Positions 37,608-47,182 of a DNA stretch of 64,000 nucleotides are shown one piece after another. The position numbers and the translations under genes were made by a program. Under the pieces are notes generated by a model that saw only the letters and a program-made list of their open reading frames with translations, was not told the origin of the DNA and ran no database searches. Position 1 is the stretch's first letter, and the number at the start of each line of letters is the position of its first letter. The stretch comes from a phage, in NCBI GenBank assembly GCA_014913405.1, contig GCA_014913405.1_3931.1; one strand, 5' to 3'.

Positions 37608-38010
37608 CTTCTGAAACTAAAAATGTAATCCCACATAAGTGTCTGTAACGACTATCATACTCGAATATCTTAAACAGATATTTACCATCATGATAAACCT
37701 GTTGCACTTCACCTTCTGCAACAATCTCGCCTGTAATAAAATTTTTTAGTTTATACACATTACCAACTTTAGGTACTGTTTTCATCTCAGGCTCTTTTAG
37801 TGCTACACCTATTTTTGCATCACCGAGTAAATGAGAACTCTCAAAAGCTACGTGTTTCATATAAGCTTCTGAGCATTCCCAAATAAAACAATGTACAAGA
37901 ACCTTAGCAGCATGTCTTGAGCAGTTCAACTTATCACAAATTTCTGTGTACATCTCATCTTTAGTAGAATTGTCAAGCATTGCTCTTTGCACTACTTCTT
38001 TAATTTTCAT
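37546..38010 (-). CDS. hypothetical protein
   Basis: ORF track. Confidence 0.4.
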   Translation of the reverse strand: MKIKEVVQRAMLDNSTKDEMYTEICDKLNCSRHAAKVLVHCFIWECSEAYMKHVAFESSHLLGDAKIGVALKEPEMKTVPKVGNVYKLKNFITGEIVAEGEVQQVYHDGKYLFKIFEYDSRYRHLCGITFLVSEDDLIKNNSNKFAVPEYQVLR

Positions 38011-38413
38011 AAGCTCTCCGAATAACCCTATTAAGCATCTCTAAAGTCAGCTTTCCAGACTCTAAATGTGGCATAACAAGCTTTAAAGCTTTTTCAACAT
38101 CATGCACAACATCTATTATACCTTCTTCATAGGCTTCTACAAGGATATCTTTTACTTTTTGTGGTATTGCTAGACGCATATCAAACTCATTTGCTTGAGG
38201 GTGGTCACTACCATGCCAGTAACCATCTTTGTTAAAGCTGATGTAGTCACCGTGGTAAAAGTGTACACCATTAGCTTTAAACTTCTCCAGCACAAGGCAT
38301 TGAATTGGGTATTCAGTATTCCACTCCCTGACTCCTATAACCTTCACTGTTGCGATGTACTCCTGTGTTTTTGCATCTACGATGTCAAGTTCTTGACCAG
38401 CTATGATTTGCAT
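38000..38413 (-). CDS. hypothetical protein
   Basis: ORF track. Confidence 0.4.
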   Translation of the reverse strand: MQIIAGQELDIVDAKTQEYIATVKVIGVREWNTEYPIQCLVLEKFKANGVHFYHGDYISFNKDGYWHGSDHPQANEFDMRLAIPQKVKDILVEAYEEGIIDVVHDVEKALKLVMPHLESGKLTLEMLNRVIRRAYEN

Positions 38414-38466
38414 ATTCGCTACCTTCTAAGTTCTACAAAGGGGCTATCAAGTAACCCCTCAAGCTA

Positions 38467-38691
38467 CTACTCAGACTTTTCAGTCTTCTTATCGGATTTC
38501 TTACTAGTCTTCTTCTCAGCTTTCTGTTTAGGTTCCTTCTCAGAAGTTGCCTTGATAACCATATCAAGAAGCTCTGATAAGTCACTCTTCAGCAAAGTAA
38601 CAGGTTGCTCATTGTAGAAGTTTTTGTCAAGATAGACTTTGAACTCTTCAATAGATGGAAATCCAAAAATTGGTACAGGTGTCTTAATCAT
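38467..38691 (-). CDS. hypothetical protein with a lysine-rich C-terminal tail
   Basis: ORF track. Confidence 0.4.
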   Translation of the reverse strand: MIKTPVPIFGFPSIEEFKVYLDKNFYNEQPVTLLKSDLSELLDMVIKATSEKEPKQKAEKKTSKKSDKKTEKSE

Positions 38692-38767
38692 TACTTAGTT
38701 TCTCCATAAGCATCTTTCAAGATTGCCTTGTTAATCATTTCAGCGATTGCAAAACGAACACATACAG

Positions 38768-39271
38768 CTATAATTGTAGGTTGCATTCTTTACTTACCTC
38801 TTCAAGTTTAACCTCAGAGTCCTTAAGTCGTTTCTTATGAACTCTGAATCTTATTAGTGAGATGATGATACCAGCTAAAGGAACAGCATACAAGTACCAG
38901 ATATCATGTAGCTTTGCAGTAATCTGTGTAATTGTCAAATCTTGAGCTATGTAGCTGATTGCTGATACTGCTAGTAATGTTGCTAAGAAAAACACTAGTA
39001 TCATTGCAATATTCATACAACCTCTTGCATGGTACTCATGCTTAATACACTTATTCTTTTCGTCAACAACCCTGTTGTAGTCGTTTGTAAAGTCTCTGTA
39101 GAAAGCTTTCAAGTATTCTTTATTGTAGCCTTCAAAGCAACCTGTACCGTACCAATAATCACCACCAAAATGTGCTATGATACCAGTATCTCCGTTTGGT
39201 TTGGTTACTCTTAGAGAGACATGATGACCAGTCTTCTGGTAATCTATCTTATATCTTTCTTCGTAAATCAT
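38768..39271 (-). CDS. hypothetical membrane protein (two C-terminal transmembrane helices)
   Basis: hydrophobic segments MILVFFLATLLAVSAI and AVPLAGIIISLI. Confidence 0.4.
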   Translation of the reverse strand: MIYEERYKIDYQKTGHHVSLRVTKPNGDTGIIAHFGGDYWYGTGCFEGYNKEYLKAFYRDFTNDYNRVVDEKNKCIKHEYHARGCMNIAMILVFFLATLLAVSAISYIAQDLTITQITAKLHDIWYLYAVPLAGIIISLIRFRVHKKRLKDSEVKLEEVSKECNLQL

Positions 39272-39486
39272 TTTTCAACCCCTCTCAATCTCTTGTTCCA
39301 TTCAAGGTCAACAAATCTTTGCAGAACTTTTCCTCTAGGTGTTACACCTTTTAAATCTGCATCGTAACAATGGTAAAAGTCACCTTCAGCGTGTTTACCA
39401 TAGCATTTTCTGATATTCTGGCTTCTGCGATACTGTTCTAACAAGGACAGTTTGTAGTAATCTTCAACTGTAGTTAGTTTTTTCAT
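39268..39486 (-). CDS. hypothetical protein
   Basis: ORF track. Confidence 0.4.
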   Translation of the reverse strand: MKKLTTVEDYYKLSLLEQYRRSQNIRKCYGKHAEGDFYHCYDADLKGVTPRGKVLQRFVDLEWNKRLRGVEK

Positions 39487-39570
39487 TCTTTCACCACGTA
39501 TCTTCTCAAGAAACTAAAAAAGGGAACTACCTCTCGATAGCCCCCATCATAGTTAATGTTGTGTATTCGG

Positions 39571-40152
39571 TCAAGAGTATTTTTTAGGCAGTAATGCACT
39601 GCGCTTATTGCTCTCTTCACTCAATAGTGCGATAAATTCATCACCTTTACCCTTCCACGGGCTGAATGTCGGAATGTGCTCTCTGATAGCATCAATCACT
39701 GTTTTAAGGGCGTTGTTCTTTAACCACCAATCAGATACCGCTGAAGCTACAATGTAGTAAGCACCGTCATCTGTGAAGATTGGCTCAGAGATACATGGCG
39801 AAATCATAGTGGTAATGATAGAACCATTATTCATGTAGTATGTTCTTTTTTCAACCTTATCAAGAAGCTTATGAAGGTCTGCAAAGAGACTCACCACCTC
39901 TTTATGGTCAATATCTTTTTCAAGATTTGCTCTATATTTCAATAGTGCAGCATCGACCTCTTTGTCATTGAATTTGAAGTATTGAACTTCTTCATTCACA
40001 CATACACTGATGTTGTTGGTGTTTATCGTCAATTTGCACAGTTTGACTGGAGAGTTAATGTTGGTCTGAAAAAGTGCTACACAGCCTTCTACATTCCCGA
40101 AATGTTTGACTAATGTAACTTCTGGTTGGATGTGCTCATGTTCTTCTGACAT
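39571..40152 (-). CDS. hypothetical protein
   Basis: ORF track. Confidence 0.4.
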   Translation of the reverse strand: MSEEHEHIQPEVTLVKHFGNVEGCVALFQTNINSPVKLCKLTINTNNISVCVNEEVQYFKFNDKEVDAALLKYRANLEKDIDHKEVVSLFADLHKLLDKVEKRTYYMNNGSIITTMISPCISEPIFTDDGAYYIVASAVSDWWLKNNALKTVIDAIREHIPTFSPWKGKGDEFIALLSEESNKRSALLPKKYS

Positions 40153-40496
40153 TATAGTTTCCTCATTAAATACTTTTTAAGTTGTGTGTTAGGTTTCTCA
40201 AAAACTTCTATAGAAGATATCTTGACAGACTCACCACGCATACCTGTATGTTTAAATATGTAATACTCTAACATCCCTATGTACTTTGCTGGTAAGTCAT
40301 GTTTGACATACACTGTTACAGAATCTTCAAATTCAACAACCTTTGTACCATCCTTGTAGTTAAACTCTCTAGGGTGGTTGTAGTTATCAATGTCATACAT
40401 TAAAAAGAGTCTTTTCCGTTGCATGTCAAGCTTATTGGTTAAAGACTCTTTAATATCTGAGAAGTTTTTGTACACTGTGACATGGAGCTTACTCAT
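40152..40496 (-). CDS. hypothetical protein
   Basis: ORF track. Confidence 0.4.
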   Translation of the reverse strand: MSKLHVTVYKNFSDIKESLTNKLDMQRKRLFLMYDIDNYNHPREFNYKDGTKVVEFEDSVTVYVKHDLPAKYIGMLEYYIFKHTGMRGESVKISSIEVFEKPNTQLKKYLMRKL

Positions 40497-40782
40497 CGTT
40501 AAACTCTCTGACGAAGAAATAGTTGACTTTATTATTACCTACCATAAGGTCAAAGCAGGTATTCTCAAAAGGTTTGTTGTAGGCATCGTATGAAGTGTAC
40601 GTATCAGCTACTTGTTTAGTATTGAGCTTTTTACTTGATGGGTTTAAGAGGCCACCATACAGTTTCTTGATAGCCTCTTCTACAACAGACCAGATGATTT
40701 CGTCAGTAATTTCTTCGTACAGGTCAAGTTCACGCTCTAGTGAGAAGTCACAAATAGGGAAGATAACCTGTACTTTGCTCAT
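40489..40782 (-). CDS. hypothetical protein
   Basis: ORF track. Confidence 0.4.
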   Translation of the reverse strand: MSKVQVIFPICDFSLERELDLYEEITDEIIWSVVEEAIKKLYGGLLNPSSKKLNTKQVADTYTSYDAYNKPFENTCFDLMVGNNKVNYFFVREFNDE

Positions 40783-41177
40783 TAACGAATAACCTGTGAA
40801 ACTTGAATTGCTTCAGTTACAGACAAATCACCAACTTTCTCTTCTTTGATGAAAGTAAAGGTGAGTTCAACAGGTTCTTGCTCTTCTTGCTCAACTGGAA
40901 TACCGTTAAGCTCATCAAAGATTGATTGGGTAGTCCAGTCTTCTCCACCATCTGGATAGTGGATGGCATAAAGAGGAAACTCTAAATTATACCAAGCAAA
41001 AACAGGACAACCGTCTGCATCATCTCGGCATCTGTGGAGGTACGTATTTGTACCTTCAAAATGCAAATGAAGATTGCCATTCTTCTCAAAGAGAAGAGCA
41101 TCTCGCAGGTCTAGTTCCTCATTTTCGCTGTAACGACTGACATCAACTTTAACGTGGATATGACTGTTATTATTCAT
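40782..41177 (-). CDS. hypothetical protein
   Basis: ORF track. Confidence 0.4.
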   Translation of the reverse strand: MNNNSHIHVKVDVSRYSENEELDLRDALLFEKNGNLHLHFEGTNTYLHRCRDDADGCPVFAWYNLEFPLYAIHYPDGGEDWTTQSIFDELNGIPVEQEEQEPVELTFTFIKEEKVGDLSVTEAIQVSQVIR

Positions 41178-41568
41178 AAAAACCTCTCTCTGCTTGTTCG
41201 ATTTTTGCTCTTAAAGTTTCGCAATGCTGTAAATGGTAGTTAGCTTCTTGTTCATGTGTTGCTAACTGCCTTTCAAGAACAGTTTTATAGTAACCTGCAA
41301 GTTGCTCTTTTGTCAATGGGTGCTCTGAAATAATATCAAGTCCACTTTCACCAAGAGGATTGAATTGTCCATGCTCATTGACATTGTAAGTCTCAAACTT
41401 GAACATACCATTGTTCACAGACTCAATAGGTGACAGTTCAACAAGCTCTACAGTAAACCGCGTATACACCTTGTCGCCTCTTGAAACTACATTGTTTCCA
41501 ATGATGCGTACAAGCGAACCATTACGAGTGTATTTAAAAGTCCCAAAATCACTAGCCCAAAGCTTCAT
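41170..41568 (-). CDS. hypothetical protein
   Basis: ORF track. Confidence 0.4.
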   Translation of the reverse strand: MKLWASDFGTFKYTRNGSLVRIIGNNVVSRGDKVYTRFTVELVELSPIESVNNGMFKFETYNVNEHGQFNPLGESGLDIISEHPLTKEQLAGYYKTVLERQLATHEQEANYHLQHCETLRAKIEQAERGFYE

Positions 41569-41582
41569 AGTTTTCTCCTTAG

Positions 41583-41610
41583 AAAATAAAAAAGGCTCCC
41601 GAAGGAGCCT
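41583..41610 (-). terminator. rho-independent terminator downstream of the endolysin gene
   Basis: on the - strand: AGGCTCC-TTCG-GGAGCCT followed by TTTTTTATTTT. Confidence 0.55.
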
Positions 41611-41619
41611 ATGAAGATA

Positions 41620-42084
41620 TTACTTTGGATATACACTGTCAAGATAGATGTCAGCTTCCATTCTACGTCTGTTTTTCAGACCGTTTGAAGTGACCTTCTT
41701 ACCTTTGACTGTAACCTTGTTCCACCACTGCATAGCTTCTGCACAACCTACCTTATTACCAGCATTGTGGCGCTTGATAAATGTGGAATCCTGCATAGCT
41801 GTGATACCGATGTTGTATGTTTCACTTACAAGTGCATCGAACTCATTCTGAGTAGTTGGAACCTTGATAGCTTTGTTCACTGCTGCAACAAACTTCTCAA
41901 CATCCGCGAGAAGATACTGTTCAGCTTGTTCAGCGGTGATTTTCATTCCCATCTTAACAGGTTTTCCGTCAATACGGATTGTACCATACCCGATTGTTGG
42001 GATTCCGGCAGAGTCTTCGTAAGCCTCTAACTCCAGACCTTCGAAGAACTTAATAGCTTCTAAACCTTTTCTTGAGAGTTGCAT
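41620..42084 (-). CDS. endolysin (T4-lysozyme-like muramidase, GH24-like)
   Basis: GLELEAYEDSAGIPTIGYGT matches the phage lysozyme E...D...T(I)G(Y)G catalytic region; RBS GGAGG. Confidence 0.8.
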   Translation of the reverse strand: MQLSRKGLEAIKFFEGLELEAYEDSAGIPTIGYGTIRIDGKPVKMGMKITAEQAEQYLLADVEKFVAAVNKAIKVPTTQNEFDALVSETYNIGITAMQDSTFIKRHNAGNKVGCAEAMQWWNKVTVKGKKVTSNGLKNRRRMEADIYLDSVYPK

Positions 42085-42965
42085 TATGCCTCCCCTGCTG
42101 GGTTAACAGTAACTGTTGCAGCATTAGACGTTACAGAACCACCTGCACCAGTAACTACACAGGTGTAGCTTCCTGCATCAGCAGCGGTTGCACCTTCTTT
42201 GGTGTAAGTTGCAGTAGTTGCATCGAGGATGTCTTCCTCACCTTTCTTCCATTGGTAACCTGTCGCACCTGTTGCCACAACATTCAGCGTTAAGGTCTCA
42301 CCTTCAGTGATTTCTTGATTGGTTGGCTGTTGAGTGATAACTGGTAAAGCTTTCACAGTAACGGTTGCAGGGTTAGAAGTGACAGAACCACCTGCACCTG
42401 TTACAACGCAAGTGTATGAACCAGCATCAGAAGGTTCTACAGACTGTTTTGTGTAGGTTGCAGATGTGGCGCTAGTGATATCCTCACCATCCTTTTTCCA
42501 TTGATATCCAGTGGCATTAGTTGCAATAACACTTAGGGTAAGTGTACCACCTTCATTTACTGTTTGATTGGTTGGTTGCTGAGTGATTGATGGTGGCTTG
42601 ATAGCGTCCTTCAACTTAGCATTCAACATTGAGAATGGTTTAACTCTTGCCAGCCATTCACAATAAACTGTATCAACGTCTTTACCATTGATAATTGCAT
42701 ATTGTAAGTCCATGAAGAAGTCAGAAGTTCTCATTTGAGCACCAACACTGTAAAGCAACTCATCACTAAATGGAACTTTGTAGTCTGGTTTATAGTCAAA
42801 CTTCTCAACTTCTGCAATATCAGCTTCAGGCCAATACGAGCTATAGGTAAGTGGTAAAATAGCCTCTTGATATGTTCTAAAATCATATCTCTTACCAGCC
42901 TTTACGTTTGCAATGAAGCCCTTCACAAACTCTTTGAAGTCTGGGTAAGTCTTTGCTTTAATCAT
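42084..42965 (-). CDS. protein with two tandem Ig-like domains
   Basis: two near-identical ~80-aa repeats (ITQQPTNQ...GYQWKK...DAGSYTCVVTGAGGSVTSN.ATVTV); N-terminal domain is paralogous to the upstream ORF. Confidence 0.5.
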   Translation of the reverse strand: MIKAKTYPDFKEFVKGFIANVKAGKRYDFRTYQEAILPLTYSSYWPEADIAEVEKFDYKPDYKVPFSDELLYSVGAQMRTSDFFMDLQYAIINGKDVDTVYCEWLARVKPFSMLNAKLKDAIKPPSITQQPTNQTVNEGGTLTLSVIATNATGYQWKKDGEDITSATSATYTKQSVEPSDAGSYTCVVTGAGGSVTSNPATVTVKALPVITQQPTNQEITEGETLTLNVVATGATGYQWKKGEEDILDATTATYTKEGATAADAGSYTCVVTGAGGSVTSNAATVTVNPAGEA

Positions 42966-43333
42966 TTCTTTTCAGCCTCTAAATGTGCGTTTAGTCTAAA
43001 ATAACCTTTGTGATTCGGAGATACATCACCAACGACAATACCTTTAACCTTATATCCTTTACCAATTACATACTGGATATCCATAAGGAATCTTCCAAGA
43101 CCAACAATATGGAACATTGGGTATAATAGACTCTCAGAGTCTGGAATATTGATTTCAGGTTTGTAGGTACGCTGTTCGCTTGTTGGTGTAATATCTTCTT
43201 CAGGCCATTTACTGAGTCTCCATGTCAAAGGTGTTGGGATAACATCATTAAGGTTGTACCTTTCACCATTTTGCACGGAATTGATATAGGATTGTAGGAA
43301 GCAATAAAAGTCTTTTGCACTCTTAGCTTTCAT
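42962..43333 (-). CDS. hypothetical protein, paralog of the N-terminal domain of the Ig-like protein
   Basis: KAKSAKDFYCFLQSYINSVQNGERYNL parallels KAKTYPDFKEFVKGFIANVKAGKRYDF. Confidence 0.45.
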   Translation of the reverse strand: MKAKSAKDFYCFLQSYINSVQNGERYNLNDVIPTPLTWRLSKWPEEDITPTSEQRTYKPEINIPDSESLLYPMFHIVGLGRFLMDIQYVIGKGYKVKGIVVGDVSPNHKGYFRLNAHLEAEKK

Positions 43334-43380
43334 TAAATATCCTTATAAATAGTTAAAGGGGCATAAGCCCCTATTCACAC

Positions 43381-43971
43381 TTAAGCTTTGGTCTTAAGTA
43401 GGTTCTTAAGTTTTTTAAGATTCATACTCTCATCAAACTTAAAACCAAATCCATTGACATAATCAATGAACTCGGATTTCTTACTGAGTGACAATGCGTA
43501 ACTCATATCAAAGTTCTTACTTGTTTCTGCATCTGGACTAGAGTTCACATCAAATGAAATTTCCGTAGGCTCTTGCTTACTTTTTCTCATATTATCAACC
43601 AACAAACATGTATAGTTTGCTGGATAGAAATTTACACTACCATCAACGTAGCTGTACTTATTATTATGGACAAGGTTGGAAAATACCTTAAGGAATGTTT
43701 CTGAGTCGTGGCAAACAAGTTTGAATTGGCTGCTCTCTCCAAGCGCAACTAATGAATACGGACTTTCACTATCGAAGTGATAATTTGGATTCGATGCCGT
43801 TACTGTTACACGCATCAAGTTATTAGCAATAGTCTTCTGTTTAAAAGAATTTTGAACATAGTGAAGACCTCTATCACACTGATTGACTAGCTCTTTAAGT
43901 AGGTCATTTGCATAAGGTGAATTAATTGATACAGAGCCATCACTATTGTAATTAAAACTTACTGTTAACAT
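43381..43971 (-). CDS. hypothetical protein
   Basis: ORF track. Confidence 0.4.
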   Translation of the reverse strand: MLTVSFNYNSDGSVSINSPYANDLLKELVNQCDRGLHYVQNSFKQKTIANNLMRVTVTASNPNYHFDSESPYSLVALGESSQFKLVCHDSETFLKVFSNLVHNNKYSYVDGSVNFYPANYTCLLVDNMRKSKQEPTEISFDVNSSPDAETSKNFDMSYALSLSKKSEFIDYVNGFGFKFDESMNLKKLKNLLKTKA

Positions 43972-44198
43972 TTTTCAGTTCTCCTGCGATTTATAATTTT
44001 GCTGCAATAGAGAAACGAAGTAAACTCACTGGAAGAAACCATTAAGTGTTGTTCACTAGATTGAGCCATTGCCCTGAAATACATTCCAGTCAAAGCATCA
44101 TAGTGACTATTCTTTCCAATTGAGGTTATATAGCCATGACTCTTTGCAGTTTGATATAAATCTATAATATCTGCGATTTCTAATTGGGAACTACACAT
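43965..44198 (-). CDS. hypothetical protein
   Basis: ORF track; short. Confidence 0.3.
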   Translation of the reverse strand: MCSSQLEIADIIDLYQTAKSHGYITSIGKNSHYDALTGMYFRAMAQSSEQHLMVSSSEFTSFLYCSKIINRRRTEKC

Positions 44199-44362
44199 AG
44201 ATAATCCTCTTGTCTTCTGTAATTTTGAAAGAACAGGTACAGACCAATTTCAGAGGATGAATAGTAGATTAACTCTACCCTTTTTGATTCCTTACAGTGA
44301 TTGGTATTCTTACCTTTCTTCGGTTTATTTGATTTTCTCATTAAGTCTCCTTTGTAGAACAA
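44180..44362 (-). CDS. hypothetical basic protein
   Basis: ORF track; short. Confidence 0.25.
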   Translation of the reverse strand: MFYKGDLMRKSNKPKKGKNTNHCKESKRVELIYYSSSEIGLYLFFQNYRRQEDYLCVVPN

Positions 44363-44590
44363 GGCAGACCTACAGCTTTAACTAAGATGGTACAGTAATC
44401 CATACAACAAGTCAAGAACTATTGCAAGTTAAAAAAGTTGTTGACAAAGTACTTGACAAGGTGTAGGCTTATAAATACTTAGAAGATAACTTAAAAGGTT
44501 CCTCTAAAAAGGCTATTTAAACAGATATCTTTCTGGATATCTATCTTTTATCTTAAAAGCCTTTTAAGAGGTCTTATAAGAGGCATACCA

Positions 44591-44962
44591 ATGAAAAACA
44601 GAACAAACAAAGGCCAGTTTAAAAAAGGCCAGTCTGGAAACCCATCTGGAAGACCAAAAGGCTCTCGTAACAAAAGCTCACTTGTAAAAGCTCAACTGAC
44701 CATTGATAATTCTGCTGAGTTTGCTGCAAAGTTGTTTGAAGCAATTGTTACAAGGGATGCTGCTAAGCTTGCAGAGTTCGGGTTAAACACAGACGACGTA
44801 ACCATCAAGAGCATGATTGAGGTCGGTAAAACTATCATGACTCACTCAGCAGGTGAGATGAAAGCCATTGCAGCAGACACTAAGAAGACTCCTGATAATG
44901 GTGGTCAGTCTCAGACAGATAACAAACCAACGTTCTCTGCTGTAGCGACTCTTAAAAAATAA
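44591..44962 (+). CDS. hypothetical protein with N-terminal GNPSGRPKG motif
   Basis: ORF track; Gly/Pro/Lys-rich N terminus. Confidence 0.45.
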   Translation: MKNRTNKGQFKKGQSGNPSGRPKGSRNKSSLVKAQLTIDNSAEFAAKLFEAIVTRDAAKLAEFGLNTDDVTIKSMIEVGKTIMTHSAGEMKAIAADTKKTPDNGGQSQTDNKPTFSAVATLKK

Positions 44963-45043
44963 TTTTAAAAGATGTTGACAGACTCTACAAAGTTGCTCTA
45001 AAGTCTGTCACATCAAACAACAAATGAGAGAAGAGAGTAAAAT

Positions 45044-46459
45044 ATGAGCGAATTATTTAAACATGCGCACCTTCATGCAGGTCGAACTGAAAATGGTGCT
45101 GTAAACCATACTTCATCAATGTCTGCTCTTGTAGACTTTTACAAAGCTGCTGGTTCAAGCCGTAGCAACGTAGAAATCTTACCAGACCTGTTCTACAAAG
45201 CTTTGCGTGAGGATGTTGATGTTGCAGTTCGTATTTTGCTTCATATGCGAGATGTACGAGAAGGTATGGGTGAGCGTAAAGCCTTCAGAACTGTTTTGCT
45301 TCAAGCAATTGAAGATAAAGTTTTAGAGCCTACACAGGTTCTTCGCATTATGGATAAGATTGCAGAACTTGGTCGTTTTGATGACTTCAAAATCTTCGTG
45401 GGTACTTGTTTCGAGACAGATGCCTTCAAACATTTAGAAGCAGCATTACTAGACCCTGCAACAGCAGGTTTGGCGGCTAAGTGGTTACCACGAGTAAAAC
45501 CACGTCATAAGCAGTTTGTAAAACGTTTCTGCAAGTTTGCCAACTTGAGTGAGAAAGAGTACCGCACACTGTTGTCTGCACTATCTGATACAGTTGAGCA
45601 AAAAATCTCTGCTAATGAGTTTGGTAAGATTGACTACAGTAAGATTCCTTCACTTGCTGCTGCACGTTACCAAAAACTGTTTAACCGTAAAGATGGAGAG
45701 CGTTACAAAGCTTACATCGAGTCCTTATCAAAAGGTGAGACTAAGATTAGCGCTGGTGCTGTTTACCCATACGATGTGATTAAATCTGTCAAGCATGGTA
45801 ATGCAGATGTTGCTAATGAGCAGTGGAAAGCACTACCAAACTGGATGGCAGAAGGTGAAAACATCTTGTGTATGTCTGATGTATCAAGTTCAATGTCTTG
45901 GGTGAATTTTGGCTCCATTACTGCTCTGGATATTGGTGTATCACTTGCCTTGTATGTAGCAGAACGCAATACAGGTTGCTTTAAGAATGAGTTGATGGTT
46001 TATTCAACAAACCCTCACTTCATCGAACTGAGTGGTGATTTACGAAACCGTCATCGTCAGGTGATGCGACACGTTGAATATGGCTCAACTAACTTACAAG
46101 CAGCTTTTGACCGCATTCTTGAGACAGGCAAAAGAAACAACTTGACTCAGAAAGATATGCCAAGTAAGCTTATCATCTTCTCCGATATGGAGTTTAATCA
46201 GGTTGATGGGGCTAACGGTCGTACAAACTTTGAAGCAATTCAGAGTAAGTACAAAAAAGCTGGATATGAGATGCCACAACTGGTATTCTGGTACTTAGCA
46301 AACCGTAATGGTACTTGCGAAGTATCTGTTAAGGATAACGGTGTAGCAATGGTATCAGGGTTCTCTCCAGCCACTTTAAAAGCTCTGCTTGGTGGTGAGA
46401 AGTTTGACCCAATCAGTGTAATGCTCAAAGCAGTAATGATTGACCGTTATATCTGGTAA
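45044..46459 (+). CDS. vWA-like protein with MIDAS motif (DxSxS)
   Basis: ILCMSDVSSSMSW matches the MIDAS DxSxS signature; 471 aa. Confidence 0.4.
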   Translation: MSELFKHAHLHAGRTENGAVNHTSSMSALVDFYKAAGSSRSNVEILPDLFYKALREDVDVAVRILLHMRDVREGMGERKAFRTVLLQAIEDKVLEPTQVLRIMDKIAELGRFDDFKIFVGTCFETDAFKHLEAALLDPATAGLAAKWLPRVKPRHKQFVKRFCKFANLSEKEYRTLLSALSDTVEQKISANEFGKIDYSKIPSLAAARYQKLFNRKDGERYKAYIESLSKGETKISAGAVYPYDVIKSVKHGNADVANEQWKALPNWMAEGENILCMSDVSSSMSWVNFGSITALDIGVSLALYVAERNTGCFKNELMVYSTNPHFIELSGDLRNRHRQVMRHVEYGSTNLQAAFDRILETGKRNNLTQKDMPSKLIIFSDMEFNQVDGANGRTNFEAIQSKYKKAGYEMPQLVFWYLANRNGTCEVSVKDNGVAMVSGFSPATLKALLGGEKFDPISVMLKAVMIDRYIW

Positions 46460-46477
46460 AAAGTTTTAAAAAGGGTA

Positions 46478-46506
46478 TTGACAATGTGTTTAATACCCTT
46501 TAATAT
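46478..46506 (+). promoter_or_regulatory. sigma70-like promoter, TTGACA-17-TAATAT, upstream of the tRNA cluster
   Basis: -35 TTGACA at 46478-46483, -10 TAATAT at 46501-46506; sits inside hairpin AAGGGTATT...AATACCCTT. Confidence 0.45.
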
Positions 46507-46623
46507 GTTCTACATAGAAACGAAATGAGAGCTTTTCTAAGATACTGAAAAATATTTTAAAAAGTTCTTGACAACCACTAAAAAATAATGTTAAAGTGGT
46601 TACATAGAGTTTGAAAAGTTTAT

Positions 46624-46700
46624 CTCTGTTTAGCTCAGCTTGGTAGAGCGTTCCGTTTGGGGCGGTAAGGCCGGAGGTTCAAGTCCTCCAACAGAGACCA
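46624..46700 (+). tRNA. tRNA-Pro (anticodon TGG)
   Basis: hand-folded cloverleaf: 7-bp acceptor stem, T-loop GGTTCAAGTCC, anticodon loop TTTGGGG, CCA encoded. Confidence 0.65.
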
Positions 46701-46707
46701 AATTAAT

Positions 46708-46785
46708 GTTCCAGTGGACAAAATGGTAAAGTCACCACTCTTTCAAAGTGGATATTTGAGGGTTCAAATCCCTTCTGGAACGCCA
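46708..46785 (+). tRNA. tRNA-Glu (anticodon TTC)
   Basis: acceptor GTTCCAG/CTGGAAC, anticodon arm CCACT-CTTTCAA-AGTGG, T-loop TTCAAAT. Confidence 0.65.
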
Positions 46786-46877
46786 GTTTTGACAGAAGAC
46801 CAATTACAGCAAACTTAATCTTATTCATCTGAAGGTAAATCGGACAAAGAAGAGATTTGGTCTGGTCATTAAGAATT

Positions 46878-46953
46878 GCGGGTATAGAGAAAGGGCGTCT
46901 CACATGTCTCATTAGCATGGTATCGGCAGGTTCGACTCCTGCACCCGCCTCCA
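46878..46953 (+). tRNA. tRNA-Met (anticodon CAT)
   Basis: T-loop GGTTCGACTCC, anticodon loop CTCATTA. Confidence 0.55.
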
Positions 46954-47036
46954 AATTTACAGAAGACCGTTTACAGCAATATTTATTAAATTTTTAGCGG
47001 AAAAATTGAAAGATACGGTCTGGTAATACTAAACAT

Positions 47037-47113
47037 GGTTAGGAAGCACATAAGGTATGTGCGGTCGCCTGTTAAGCGAATGGCACAGGGTTCGAATCCC
47101 TGACTAACCGCCA
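47037..47113 (+). tRNA. tRNA-Asn (anticodon GTT)
   Basis: T-loop GGTTCGAATCC, anticodon loop CTGTTAA. Confidence 0.6.
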
Positions 47114-47182
47114 AATTTAGGAGAGAAGCGATTGCTCACCGATTTGTAAGGTGCAAGTCCTTAGCCTGAATAGAAATCAAAT

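Noticed and set aside
42084-42965. Ig-like repeat protein considered as a diversity-generating retroelement target
   Set aside because: No reverse transcriptase or template repeat is present in the window; the two DNA repeats differ at scattered positions, including many that are not adenines.
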